Positions 18,394-28,284 of a DNA stretch of 32,750 nucleotides are shown piece by piece. Both the position numbers and the translations under genes were made by a program. Positions within the stretch are counted from its first letter, which is position 1. Every line of letters begins with the position of its first letter. Below the pieces are notes generated by a model. The model saw nothing but the letters and a program-made list of their open reading frames with translations. It was not told the origin of the DNA and did not search any database. The stretch lies in assembly GCA_037442825.1 (NCBI GenBank), contig JBBIPN010000006.1, positions 1 through 32,750 on the forward strand, in the 5' to 3' direction. This DNA comes from Sulfurihydrogenibium sp. (lineage in GTDB: Bacteria; Aquificota; Aquificia; Aquificales; Hydrogenothermaceae).

Positions 18394-18416
18394 TCCCCTA
18401 TTTTTTAGGGGACTTT
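18394..18416 (+). terminator. Intrinsic terminator, possibly bidirectional
   Basis: TCCCCTA-N5-TAGGGGA hairpin just after the helicase stop, with A-tract before and T-tract after. Confidence 0.7.
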
Positions 18417-19208
18417 ATAAAATATGAGAGTTGCTACCATAGCAATAGAGATACTATATAAAAAAGCCAGATTAAATCCATAATTTCCCTAAATAAAATC
18501 CATTAATATATTAGTTGGAAACAATATTAACCTACTAAAGCGTGATATAAAAGCTCTCATATCTCCATCTGTAAAACCAAACTAAATCTAGATTTTTATT
18601 AAAAACAAATGTTGTACATAATAAAGTCAAAAAATATAATATTTTCCCTTTTAAATTTATCAAATAATACACCAGCAGAATAACTCCAAAGAAAGTAAGA
18701 GATATTAAAAAGAAGCCAAATCTTTTGCCCTTAAGATCGAATAAGATATAAAAAAATCATTGTAATTTTTAATCTCTTTTTTCTCCTTTACTCCAAATAT
18801 AATAAAATAGCTAAAAATACTGGGATAAAAGAAAAAAGTGATTAAAGGATCTATTACTACTCCTAAGGTATCCCTGAAATCCATTATTAATACATCTCTT
18901 GACCCAGTTCTTATACCTTTACCAAATCTATCTAAAAATACATGCCATTTTGTATATTGATAGAAAAAGTAAACCTTTAGATAAAGCCGAAATAAAATAT
19001 CTAGCAAAAACTAAACTTTTCCCTTGATTTAATTTGTCAGAAAAAATACCAACTTACTGTAGACTCTGAAAAAGCTTCAATAAATCCTATAAATAATAGT
19101 TGATCTTTTATGTTAAAAACAATTTATGTTATCTCCGTTGAAATATCCCTTAATAGACTAACAAAAGCAGGGAAAATGATATTTCTATTTAAAACTGTTA
19201 CTTTTCAT
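18405..19208 (-). pseudogene. Decayed MFS transporter
   Basis: Fragments in different frames: LNRNIIFPAFVSLLRDISTEI*, FIGFIEAFSEST, GIFSDKLNQGKSLVFARY, FLDRFGKGIRTGSRDVLI, YSAGVIFDKFKRENII and NYGFNLAFLYS. Multiple stops and frameshifts in about 800 bp. Confidence 0.8.
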
Positions 19209-19308
19209 TTAAATCACATATTTAGCGTTAAACATGATATCATATTATCTAACTCTAAACAAAATTTAAACTATAGAAGTTAAAAGCTATATAAGATATA
19301 ATAAAACT

Positions 19309-21738
19309 ATGGAATATGAATTATATAAGAATGAATTATATAAGAAAATAGCATTTAGTAAAACTATAAAAGCAAGCTTTCCAGAATATGCATATTATGA
19401 TTTTCAATCAAAAAAGATTGTAGATTTTTTAAATAGAAAAAATATAAAACTTTTTTCCCATCAAGTTTTAGCTATTGAAAACATTCTAAAAGGTAAAGAT
19501 GTTGTTATTACGACCCCAACAGCTTCTGGTAAGTCTTTAATTTATATACTATCTTTCCTTGAGAAGTTAGAAAAAAATCCAGGAAAAACAGCAATCTTAG
19601 TATTTCCTTTAGTAGCACTTGCAAGGGACCAAAAAAACAAAATAGAAAACTTAATTAGGGAAATTGGCATAAAAGCATCGGTGGAGACTTACTATGGAGA
19701 TACTCCAAAAAATAAAAGAATGAAAATAAGAAAAAAACCACCAAATTTTTTAATTACAACACCAGATATGTTGAATGTTGGGATATTACCATACCATCAT
19801 CTATGGGAAAATTTTTTTAGAAATTTAGATATGGTTGTTATAGATGAAGTTCATGTTTATAGAGGTGTCCTTGGTTCTCATGTAGCAAATATTATAATGA
19901 GATTAAACAGAATTTCAAAGTTGTACACTGGTGAAAAACCTCAGTATGTATGTAATTCAGCTACTGTAAAGAATCCAATTAAATTTGTTTCTAAATTTAT
20001 TGAGAAAGAAGATCTGATAGAGGTCTCAAAATCTGGCACCACGTCACCTGAAAAAGATATATACATAACAGAACCTATATCATCAAAAAGTTTAGTAAGT
20101 TTTATAATTCAGCAACTTTTAAATGATATATCTACAATTTTATTTATTGATAGTAGAAAAGATTTAGAAATTCTATATCTAAACGTAAAAAAAGAGCTCA
20201 AAAAGAAAGGTTTATATAACTTAGTTGATAAAGTTAAACCTTACAGGTCTGGGTATAAACAAGAAGAGAGAGAAGCTATAGAAAAAGGATTAGCTAATGG
20301 TGATATAAAGGTTGTTTTATCAACAAGTGCTTTAGAGATGGGTATTGATATTGGAGAGATAGATTGTGTAGTATTGAAAGGTTTTCCTGGAACGTTATCT
20401 GCAATGTGGCAAAGGTTTGGAAGAGCTGGAAGAAGAAATAAGAAAGCTTATAACTATCTTATAACAAAATTAAATGCATTAGACCAATACTATTTAAAAA
20501 ATCCAGAAGAAATTTTCAACAGGCAAGTAGAAGAACCTATTATAAATCCACAAAATAAATATATTTTAAAAAAACATCTATTTATAGCTGCAATAGAAAA
20601 ACCTATTGAGTTTAAAGAAATAGACGAAATTAAAAAAGATGTGATAAAAGAGCTTTTAGAAGAAAATAAACTTTATTTCATAAATGGAAAATTTTATCCA
20701 AAGAAAAATGTAAAACCCTTTTTTAGTATAAGGTCAGCAGGTGATACATACGACATTATTGATATCAAAAAAAATGAAATAATAGGAAATATAAACCAAG
20801 AGTATGCATTTTATGAAGCATTTAAAGATGCAATATATATTCATTTAGGAAATACGTATATAGTTTTGGATAGAGATGATATAGACAAAAAAATATACGC
20901 AGAGGAAAGGAACATAAACTACTATACAACACCAGTTTTAGAAACAGAAGTAGAAATATTAGATATTTTAAAATTAAGAAAATACAAAGATATTGAGATA
21001 TACTATGGAGAGGTAAACGTTAAATCTACAATCGTTGGTTATTCATCCATAGAGATAGAAACCAATCAAAGAATAAAAGATAAAATTTTTGATGAATTTT
21101 ATCAAAGAAATTTTTCTACAAAAGCTTTTTGGTTTAAAATACCAGATTATTATGAAAAGTTAATTAAAAAATATTGTAAAGAAAAAAGATTTGAAAAAAT
21201 TTTAAATATTGTAAGAAAGAAACTTGATTATACCTACTATGAGGTTGCAGAAAGTATTATTAAATCAAATAAAAATTTTATAGAAAAATTTAAAATATTA
21301 TTTAACCCTGCAAATCCAAATTTAAAAGATAAAATAGATCAAAAAAGTTTAGATTTTTTACAAATACATATTTCAAAATTGGAAGATGATAATATATTTA
21401 TAGGCAGTTTACATGCTGTTGAGCATGGAATGATAGGTATATACTCTATATTTGCTATGAATGATAGATGGGATATAGGTGGAATGTCTACAAATTTCCA
21501 CTATCAAACAAAAAGCCCTACAATTTTTATATATGACGGATATGAAGGTGGTATAGGTTATAGTGAAGTTGGATTTAACAATCTTGAAAGTATACTTATG
21601 GCTACATATAAAAATATAAAAAATTGCAAATGTATAAATGGCTGTCCTTCTTGTATTCTCTCACCAAAATGTGGTAATGCTAATGATCATCTTGATAAAC
21701 TTGGTAGTGAAGTTTTATTAGAGTTATTGATACAATGA
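19309..21738 (+). CDS. MrfA/Hrq1-like SF2 (DEVH) helicase with C-terminal DUF1998 Zn-binding domain
   Basis: TPTASGKS, PLVALARDQ, DEVHVYRGVLGSHVA, SAT, ALEMGIDIG, QRFGRAGRR, LHAVEH, IFIYDGYEGGIG and CKCINGCPSC motifs. Confidence 0.9.
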   Translation: MEYELYKNELYKKIAFSKTIKASFPEYAYYDFQSKKIVDFLNRKNIKLFSHQVLAIENILKGKDVVITTPTASGKSLIYILSFLEKLEKNPGKTAILVFPLVALARDQKNKIENLIREIGIKASVETYYGDTPKNKRMKIRKKPPNFLITTPDMLNVGILPYHHLWENFFRNLDMVVIDEVHVYRGVLGSHVANIIMRLNRISKLYTGEKPQYVCNSATVKNPIKFVSKFIEKEDLIEVSKSGTTSPEKDIYITEPISSKSLVSFIIQQLLNDISTILFIDSRKDLEILYLNVKKELKKKGLYNLVDKVKPYRSGYKQEEREAIEKGLANGDIKVVLSTSALEMGIDIGEIDCVVLKGFPGTLSAMWQRFGRAGRRNKKAYNYLITKLNALDQYYLKNPEEIFNRQVEEPIINPQNKYILKKHLFIAAIEKPIEFKEIDEIKKDVIKELLEENKLYFINGKFYPKKNVKPFFSIRSAGDTYDIIDIKKNEIIGNINQEYAFYEAFKDAIYIHLGNTYIVLDRDDIDKKIYAEERNINYYTTPVLETEVEILDILKLRKYKDIEIYYGEVNVKSTIVGYSSIEIETNQRIKDKIFDEFYQRNFSTKAFWFKIPDYYEKLIKKYCKEKRFEKILNIVRKKLDYTYYEVAESIIKSNKNFIEKFKILFNPANPNLKDKIDQKSLDFLQIHISKLEDDNIFIGSLHAVEHGMIGIYSIFAMNDRWDIGGMSTNFHYQTKSPTIFIYDGYEGGIGYSEVGFNNLESILMATYKNIKNCKCINGCPSCILSPKCGNANDHLDKLGSEVLLELLIQ

Positions 21739-22835
21739 TAAAAGGTCTTTATATTCATATCCCTTTTTGTAATCTGAAATGTCCTTACTGTGATTTTACA
21801 TCATTTGTTTGGCAAGAAGAAGATTTAAAAATAAAGTATTTGGATTTTCTAAAAAGAGAGCTATCACTTTATAAAGATTTAAATTTCAATTTAGAAACTA
21901 TTTACTTTGGAGGTGGGACGCCTTCTGTTATAAAATCTGAAAAACTTGCATCTTTTATAGAGTATTTAAAAGAAGATTTAAAAGTATCTTCAAACCTTGA
22001 AATAACTATTGAAGTAAACCCAAAAACTTATGATTATAACGATTTTAAAATACTAAAAGATGTAGGTGTAAATAGGGTAAGTATTGGAAATCAATCGTTT
22101 TTAGAAAAAAATCTAATCTCTCTTGGTAGAGGTCATAAATCAATAGATAGTTTTAAAACAGTAGAAAATTGCCTTAAAGCAGGTATAAACAATATAAATC
22201 TTGATTTAATATATGGCATACAAAATCAAACACTAAAAGATTTAGAAGAAGATTTAAAAATCTATACATCATTAAATATAAAACATATATCTGCATACCT
22301 TCTGACAGCTTATGAAGATACACCACTTGGCTTATTAGTTGAAAATGGATCTTACAAGCTTCCAGATGAAGATACTATTTATGAAATGTTTTTAATGATA
22401 GATAAAAGATTATCAAATAAGGGATTTGAAAGATACGAACTTTCAAACTGGGCAAAAGAAGGTTTTGAATGTAAACATAATATTTTTTATTGGAAAGATA
22501 TAAACTTTTTAGGTATTGGTGTTTCTGCTTGGTCATACGTAAATAATGAAAGGTTTGGTAATACAAAAAATATTAATGAGTACTTTAATATGTTAGAAGA
22601 TTTTAAAAAACCTGTTAAATTTAAAGAAGTTTTAGATGAAGATGAAAAAAGAAAAGAAAAAATATTCTTAGGTTTAAGATTAAGAGAAGGTATAGATTTA
22701 GATATTTTAAAAGGTAAAAAAGAAATCCTTTATCAACTTATAACTGAAGGTTACGGAGATATAGAAAATGATAAATTTTTTCTTCTACCAAAAGGTATCA
22801 TGGTAATAAATAAGATTGTTTCCCTCTTGATTTAA
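21735..22835 (+). CDS. hemW: Radical SAM family haem chaperone HemW (HemN-like)
   Basis: LYIHIPFCNLKCPYCDF, YFGGGTPS, YELSNW and HNIFYW motifs. Confidence 0.88.
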   Translation: MIKGLYIHIPFCNLKCPYCDFTSFVWQEEDLKIKYLDFLKRELSLYKDLNFNLETIYFGGGTPSVIKSEKLASFIEYLKEDLKVSSNLEITIEVNPKTYDYNDFKILKDVGVNRVSIGNQSFLEKNLISLGRGHKSIDSFKTVENCLKAGINNINLDLIYGIQNQTLKDLEEDLKIYTSLNIKHISAYLLTAYEDTPLGLLVENGSYKLPDEDTIYEMFLMIDKRLSNKGFERYELSNWAKEGFECKHNIFYWKDINFLGIGVSAWSYVNNERFGNTKNINEYFNMLEDFKKPVKFKEVLDEDEKRKEKIFLGLRLREGIDLDILKGKKEILYQLITEGYGDIENDKFFLLPKGIMVINKIVSLLI

Positions 22836-22923
22836 AACTACTATTTATCAACAGTCTTTAAATTATGATACTTTAAATATTTAATAGAATTTTAATTGCT
22901 AAGCATCTATCTATTTTTCTTAC

Positions 22924-23712
22924 TTAAGAAAGTTCTTTACTTCTTTTTGTTGCAGATTCTATAGCTGATATTACAGCATCTTTGAAATTTCTTTTTTCAA
23001 GTTCATGTAAACCATATATAGTTGTACCTGCTGGCGATGTAACTTTATCTCTTAATAATACTGGATGTAAACCTGTTTCTTTAACAAGCTTAGCAGAACC
23101 TATAACTGTGCTTGTAGCTATTTTTAATGCTAAATCATAAGGTAGGCCCATCTTTACTCCACCTTGAGCTAAAGCGTCTATAAAGTTAAAAACATAAGCA
23201 GGTCCACTGCCAGATAGTCCTGTTATCACATCTAATAAATCTTCTTCTACTTCATAAACTTCACCTAAACCTTTAAGTAGATTTGTTAACTCGTCTTTTT
23301 TATCTGTATCTCTTTCAAAAGAAACACCTATTACACCTTCTCCAATTAAAGCTGGTGTATTTGGCATAGTTCTAACTATAAATGGTTTTTCTACTACTTT
23401 TTTAATCTTGTCTATCTTTATACCAGCTAAAACAGATATTAAAATTTGGTTTTCTTTAAATTTATCTTTCACTGGTAATAATGTTTTTTCTAAATCTTTT
23501 GGTTTTACTGCTAAAAATATTATTTCAGATAAACTGACCACTTTATTAATATCAGAACCAGCTACATTATAGATCTCTATAAGATTTTTAACTTTTTCTT
23601 TATCAATATCTGTAATCACTATATCAGTACTTTTAATATTTGCTTTTTCTATCAAACCTTTTATGATAGCTTGTCCCATATTTCCACAACCAACAACACC
23701 TATTTTAAACAT
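22924..23712 (-). CDS. proC: Pyrroline-5-carboxylate reductase
   Basis: GCGNMG, AVKP, RTMPNTP, GLSGSGPAY and VTSPAGTT motifs. Confidence 0.95.
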   Translation of the reverse strand: MFKIGVVGCGNMGQAIIKGLIEKANIKSTDIVITDIDKEKVKNLIEIYNVAGSDINKVVSLSEIIFLAVKPKDLEKTLLPVKDKFKENQILISVLAGIKIDKIKKVVEKPFIVRTMPNTPALIGEGVIGVSFERDTDKKDELTNLLKGLGEVYEVEEDLLDVITGLSGSGPAYVFNFIDALAQGGVKMGLPYDLALKIATSTVIGSAKLVKETGLHPVLLRDKVTSPAGTTIYGLHELEKRNFKDAVISAIESATKRSKELS

Positions 23713-24322
23713 ATCTTCTCCTTTTTGAAGTTTGTTTTAAGTTTTTACCATTTGATAGCCTAACTATATCCATTACCTTGTTTATATTATAGTATTGTAA
23801 ATATTCAACTATCTTTTTAAAAAGCTCATAAGTAACTTCAGCATCTGACAATGCTCTATGTTTACGTCTGTATGTTATGTTAAAGTAATATGCTAAATGT
23901 GATAAAGATTTACTTCTTAAATCTGGAAAAAGTCTACTTGAAAGTATTAAAGTACATATAACTGGGTTTTGTATAAGTTTTCCTGTAAGTTGATAAGAAG
24001 TTTCATTTAAAAATGATAAATCAAATTTTGCATTATGGGCGATGATTATGCTATCTTTTATAAAATCTAAAAATTCAGGAAAAACTTGTTCTATTTTTGG
24101 TTTATCTATTACTAAAGGATTTGTTATTCCAGTTAGTTTAGTTATGTTTTCAGGGATAAAACCAATAGAAGGTTTTATTAATGTATCAAATTTTTCGGTA
24201 ATCACTCCATCTTTTACTTTTACAGCTGCTATCTCTATAATTTCACTTGTTTTAGGATTTAGGCCAGTTGTTTCTAAATCTACAACTGTAAATGTTGCTT
24301 CATCTATGGTAAGGTTAAACAT
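23705..24322 (-). CDS. DEDDh 3'-5' exonuclease (DnaQ/PolC-exo-like)
   Basis: VVDLETTGL, AHNAKFD and HRALSDA motifs. Confidence 0.9.
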   Translation of the reverse strand: MFNLTIDEATFTVVDLETTGLNPKTSEIIEIAAVKVKDGVITEKFDTLIKPSIGFIPENITKLTGITNPLVIDKPKIEQVFPEFLDFIKDSIIIAHNAKFDLSFLNETSYQLTGKLIQNPVICTLILSSRLFPDLRSKSLSHLAYYFNITYRRKHRALSDAEVTYELFKKIVEYLQYYNINKVMDIVRLSNGKNLKQTSKRRRYV

Positions 24323-24357
24323 TTTTTAAAATCCTTTAATTTTTCTGATAAATTATA

Positions 24358-27159
24358 TTACATTTTCAAAATATTTAAAAATTTTTCTAAATTTTCTAAA
24401 TTAAAATATATCTTATCTGACTCTATCTTTATAGGGTTTAAATATTTTACCAGCTTTAAGATAAAATCTGGTTCTGTATCTTTTGAAAAATATAAAACTG
24501 CCAAATATTTTTTAGTAAAAAATTTCTTAACTTTTTTTTCACTAAGCATTTTCTTTATTTCAGATATTATTAGGTAAAAGTTGAACACTTGTGGAAGTTC
24601 TGTGTAAAATTCTTTTAAATATTTTCTTAATCTTTCAATCTCTTCAAAACTTTCAGCTTGAGAAACAGCCATGTATATATTTAACCTTTCAGAAGGATCT
24701 TTTATAAAATCTTGTGGTATATAGTAATCAAAATCAACATCTATCTCAGTTTCTACATCACTATAACCTTTTTCTTCTCTTATTGTTTCTTTAAGCAGTT
24801 TTAAGTACATTTGAAAACCTAATTTATTTATAAAACCACTTTGTTCTACACCAAGTATATTCCCAGGTCCTCTTATATTCATATCTTCTATAGATATTTT
24901 AAGTCCAGAGCCTGGTCTTGTTAGTCTTAAAAGTGTATCTATTCTTTTTTTTGCATCTCCTGTTATATTTTTTGGAACAAATAAATAACAGTAAGCTTGA
25001 ACGTTTCCTCTTCCTACTCTTCCTCTTAGATGATAAAGTTGAGCTAAACCAAATAAATCTGCTCTTTCTACTATTAAAGTGTTTGCTGTAGGTATATCTA
25101 CACCTGTTTCTATTATAGACGTTGAAACTAAAATATCAATCTCTCCATTAATAAAATTAAGTATTCTTTTTTCTATTTCTGAAGGCTTCATCTTTCCATG
25201 AATAAAATCTATGTTAGCGTCTTTAATAAGATTTTTAATATAGTCTACCCTTTCCTTTATGGTTTCGACTCTGTTGTGTAGATAAAAAACTTGTCCATTT
25301 CTTTCTAATTCAAATTTAATAGCTTTTTTTACAAATTCATCGTTAAACTCTGAAACATACGTTTTTATCTCATACCTTCCTTCTGGTGGTGTATTTATAA
25401 TAGATATATCTTTTAAACCAGATAAAGCCATATTTAATGTTCTTGGTATTGGTGTGGCTGTAAGATAAAGAGTATCAATATTACTTTTTAGCTGTCTTAT
25501 TCTCTCTTTTGCTCTAACACCAAATCTATGTTCTTCATCTATGATTAAAAGTCCTAAGTTTTTAAATTTAATATTATCTTGAAGTATTTTGTGAGTAGCT
25601 ATAATAACATCTATCTTTCCTTCTTCAAGATTTCTTATTATCTCTTCACTTTCTTTTTTTGTTTTTAGTCGTGATAAATTTTCTACAACTATTGAAAAAG
25701 GCTCTAACCTGCTTTTAAATTTTTTATAATGCTGATAGGATAAAACAGTTGTAGGAACAAGTACCAACGTTTGATAACCATTTACAGCCATTATAAAAGA
25801 TGATCTTATAGCTACTTCCGTTTTACCAAATCCGACATCCCCACATATTAATCTTTCCATAGGTTTTGATTTTGATAGGTCCTCTTTTACCTCTTTGATA
25901 GCTTTCAACTGATCTTGTGTCTCTACATATTCAAAAGTTCTTTCAAACTCATCTATAAGTGGGTCATCAACTTTCAATATTCTTCTTGTTATACTTTGCC
26001 TTTGAGAATATACTTTGATTAAATCCTTAGCTACATTCTTTAAAGATTCTTTTACTTTCTTTTTAAGGTTTCTCCAAGAGGTTCCACCTATCTTATCAAG
26101 GTTTATATGTCCAGATGTTTTATATTTGTGTATCTTATCAAAATGAAGATAAGAAACATAAATCTTTTCACCTTCAGCATACTCCAAAATCATAAAATCA
26201 TATAATTTACCTCTAATTTCTTTCGATTCTATACCTCTATATATACCAATTCCAAAATCTTCATGAACTATATAATCACCTTCTTTTAAAGGTTCCACAT
26301 CTAAAGAGATTTTCTCTTCAGCAGAAGGGATGAAAGCTACTTTTTCTTCTTTTAAAATAAGGCTTTTTTTTAAAGGTAGATAGTAAATTTTAAAATCTTT
26401 ATCTATATCCTTTTCTGTTCCAATATTTTTATCTGTAAATTTTGATATATACTTTTTCTCAACCTTTAATCCTAAATCTTCATATATATCTAACGTATAG
26501 ACACTACCTTTTATATACTCTAAAATAGTTGATTTTTCTTCATCATAGAATGTTAAAGGATTTTGTGATTTAACATTAAAGTCATATAAAGAAAAAATAG
26601 TAATATTTTGTATTTCTCTTCTTGTTAAAAGTTTTGATTTTAAAAATATATTTTCAACAAAATCTCCAAAAAGGTCTATATCAACAATACCTACTTTTGG
26701 AATATTTATAGATATAAAACCACCTTTTACAGAAAATTCTCCTTCATTTTCTGGAAAATCTGTCCTTATATACCCTAAATGATAAAGTTTTTCTATAAAT
26801 TTATCTCTATCTATATTTACAGATTTTTCTAAGTAAATAAGATTTTTCAAAAAAACATTACTACTTCTAATAGGTACATTTAAAGCATCCTTAGGAATAA
26901 CTACAAAATTTTCTTTTCCTTTAAGAATTTTCATTAACGTATGATTTCTCTCTATCTGACTTGCTAAATCTAATACATTTTTAGAAGATGGGAAGAAAGA
27001 AATTTCTGTGTTTCTATTGAAAAAATCTCTATATGCTTTTAGATTAACTAAACATTCCTTTGCTCTTTTTTCGTTCTCAACAATTAAAAAAATAGTTTTT
27101 TCACCACTTTTTACAATATCGTATTCAAAAAAAGAACTATTTCCAGTATAAATATTCAT
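24358..27159 (-). CDS. mfd: Transcription-repair coupling factor Mfd (compact form)
   Basis: UvrB-homology segment, RID (GDYIVHEDFGIG), GDVGFGKTEVA, DEEHRFGV, HLRGRVGR, RGPGNILG and C-terminal TRCF domain. Confidence 0.92.
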   Translation of the reverse strand: MNIYTGNSSFFEYDIVKSGEKTIFLIVENEKRAKECLVNLKAYRDFFNRNTEISFFPSSKNVLDLASQIERNHTLMKILKGKENFVVIPKDALNVPIRSSNVFLKNLIYLEKSVNIDRDKFIEKLYHLGYIRTDFPENEGEFSVKGGFISINIPKVGIVDIDLFGDFVENIFLKSKLLTRREIQNITIFSLYDFNVKSQNPLTFYDEEKSTILEYIKGSVYTLDIYEDLGLKVEKKYISKFTDKNIGTEKDIDKDFKIYYLPLKKSLILKEEKVAFIPSAEEKISLDVEPLKEGDYIVHEDFGIGIYRGIESKEIRGKLYDFMILEYAEGEKIYVSYLHFDKIHKYKTSGHINLDKIGGTSWRNLKKKVKESLKNVAKDLIKVYSQRQSITRRILKVDDPLIDEFERTFEYVETQDQLKAIKEVKEDLSKSKPMERLICGDVGFGKTEVAIRSSFIMAVNGYQTLVLVPTTVLSYQHYKKFKSRLEPFSIVVENLSRLKTKKESEEIIRNLEEGKIDVIIATHKILQDNIKFKNLGLLIIDEEHRFGVRAKERIRQLKSNIDTLYLTATPIPRTLNMALSGLKDISIINTPPEGRYEIKTYVSEFNDEFVKKAIKFELERNGQVFYLHNRVETIKERVDYIKNLIKDANIDFIHGKMKPSEIEKRILNFINGEIDILVSTSIIETGVDIPTANTLIVERADLFGLAQLYHLRGRVGRGNVQAYCYLFVPKNITGDAKKRIDTLLRLTRPGSGLKISIEDMNIRGPGNILGVEQSGFINKLGFQMYLKLLKETIREEKGYSDVETEIDVDFDYYIPQDFIKDPSERLNIYMAVSQAESFEEIERLRKYLKEFYTELPQVFNFYLIISEIKKMLSEKKVKKFFTKKYLAVLYFSKDTEPDFILKLVKYLNPIKIESDKIYFNLENLEKFLNILKM

Positions 27160-27171
27160 AAACTTTTATAA

Positions 27172-28092
27172 CTAAACATCCTCTACATTAAGTAAATAGT
27201 TTACTAATTTACCATAACCTTTTGGTACATATAAGTTATACTCTTCTCCATCATTTGGTATTTTTTTCTTTAAAAAATGTGGATTTAAATGGATTAGTTC
27301 TTCTTTTGGAATGTAGGTAAGTTTAGATACTTTATCTAATGTATACCCATTACCTTTAACTTTTACAACTTCAAAATTTACAGATTTCTCGTTTATATTC
27401 TTCTCTTCAATTATCTCTTTTGATGCTTCAACTATTGCAGTGAACTTTAAAACATAGTTTTTTGTCTGTTTTGGAATAAAGTTTTTTATATCGTTAAATG
27501 TATCTCCATGAAAGCTAACTTTCCTTATTATCTTGTTATGACCAGCATTATAAGCTGCCAAAACTAAGTACCAATCTCCAAATATACCATATAAGTTTTT
27601 CAAATATTTTACTGCTGCTATCGTTGATTTAACTGGGTCTAACCTTTCGTCAACTTCTTTATTTACTTTTAAACCTAAATTTTTAGCTGTTTGTGGCATA
27701 AGTTGCCATATACCAGCTGCACCTTTTGGAGATTTAGCAAGTATTTTGTAGTGACTTTCAATTATAGGTATTAAAGAAAGCTCCGAAGGTAATCCATGGT
27801 CTATTAGTATCTTTTTTATAATAGGAATGAGATTTTTTCCATTTTCTATATAGGTAGCTAACTCTTTTTTATGTTTGGATAAAAATTCATCTTTTGCTTT
27901 TTTAATTTCAATTTTAATAATCTCTTCCTCTGAACTGTTTAAATAATCTTCAAGTGTTTTTAGACTTTCAGAACTTTCTAAATTCTTTTCTACAAATAGC
28001 GATATTTCTTTTTCATTTAACACTTCTGCCTTCAAAACATTCATACCAAAAGTCAACAAAAATAAATATAAAATTATCAATAACTTACTCAT
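27172..28092 (-). CDS. Lytic transglycosylase (SLT domain, MltD-like)
   Basis: Signal peptide, IPIIESHY, GAAGIWQLMP, DERLDP and LAAYNAG motifs, LysM-like C-terminus. Confidence 0.85.
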   Translation of the reverse strand: MSKLLIILYLFLLTFGMNVLKAEVLNEKEISLFVEKNLESSESLKTLEDYLNSSEEEIIKIEIKKAKDEFLSKHKKELATYIENGKNLIPIIKKILIDHGLPSELSLIPIIESHYKILAKSPKGAAGIWQLMPQTAKNLGLKVNKEVDERLDPVKSTIAAVKYLKNLYGIFGDWYLVLAAYNAGHNKIIRKVSFHGDTFNDIKNFIPKQTKNYVLKFTAIVEASKEIIEEKNINEKSVNFEVVKVKGNGYTLDKVSKLTYIPKEELIHLNPHFLKKKIPNDGEEYNLYVPKGYGKLVNYLLNVEDV

Positions 28093-28139
28093 TTCAATAC
28101 CTCCTTAAGTTTAAGATATTATAAAATATTTTTTTTAGA

Positions 28140-28168
28140 TTGACAATCTTTAAAATATGTATTATATT
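28140..28168 (+). promoter_or_regulatory. Sigma70 promoter for the tRNA and downstream genes
   Basis: TTGACA-N17-TATATT. Confidence 0.7.
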
Positions 28169-28186
28169 ATTATTCTCAAAATTAAA

Positions 28187-28260
28187 GGGCCCGTAGCTCA
28201 GTTGGTTAGAGCAGACGGCTCATAACCGTCCGGCCGGGGGTTCGAGTCCCTCCGGGCCCA
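28187..28260 (+). tRNA. tRNA with CAT anticodon, most likely tRNA-Ile2 (lysidine); CCA not encoded
   Basis: Cloverleaf with GGGCCCG/CGGGCCC acceptor stem, GACGG-CTCATAA-CCGTC anticodon arm and TTCGAGT T-loop. G1:C72 pair and no GGG/CCC anticodon stem, so not an initiator. C4:G69 and C5:G68 are Ile2-type determinants. Confidence 0.9.
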
Positions 28261-28284
28261 TAAAACCAAAAATCTGGAGAAAAA

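Noticed and set aside
18705..19007. 100-aa ORF as an intact gene
   Set aside because: It is a frameshifted fragment of the MFS pseudogene.
19204..19250. Palindromes TTCATTTAAATCAC and ATGATATCAT between the pseudogene and the helicase
   Set aside because: Short, AT-rich and imperfect; indistinguishable from chance here.
19309..21738. DUF1998 helicase as a DISARM/Druantia/Dpd defence component
   Set aside because: No methylase, PLD nuclease or other defence genes nearby. Architecture and hemW linkage fit a stand-alone MrfA/Hrq1-type repair helicase.
23705..24322. Exonuclease as the MrfB partner of the helicase
   Set aside because: Motifs are DnaQ/PolC-exo-like, it is on the opposite strand in the mfd-proC operon, and it lacks MrfB's C-terminal extension.
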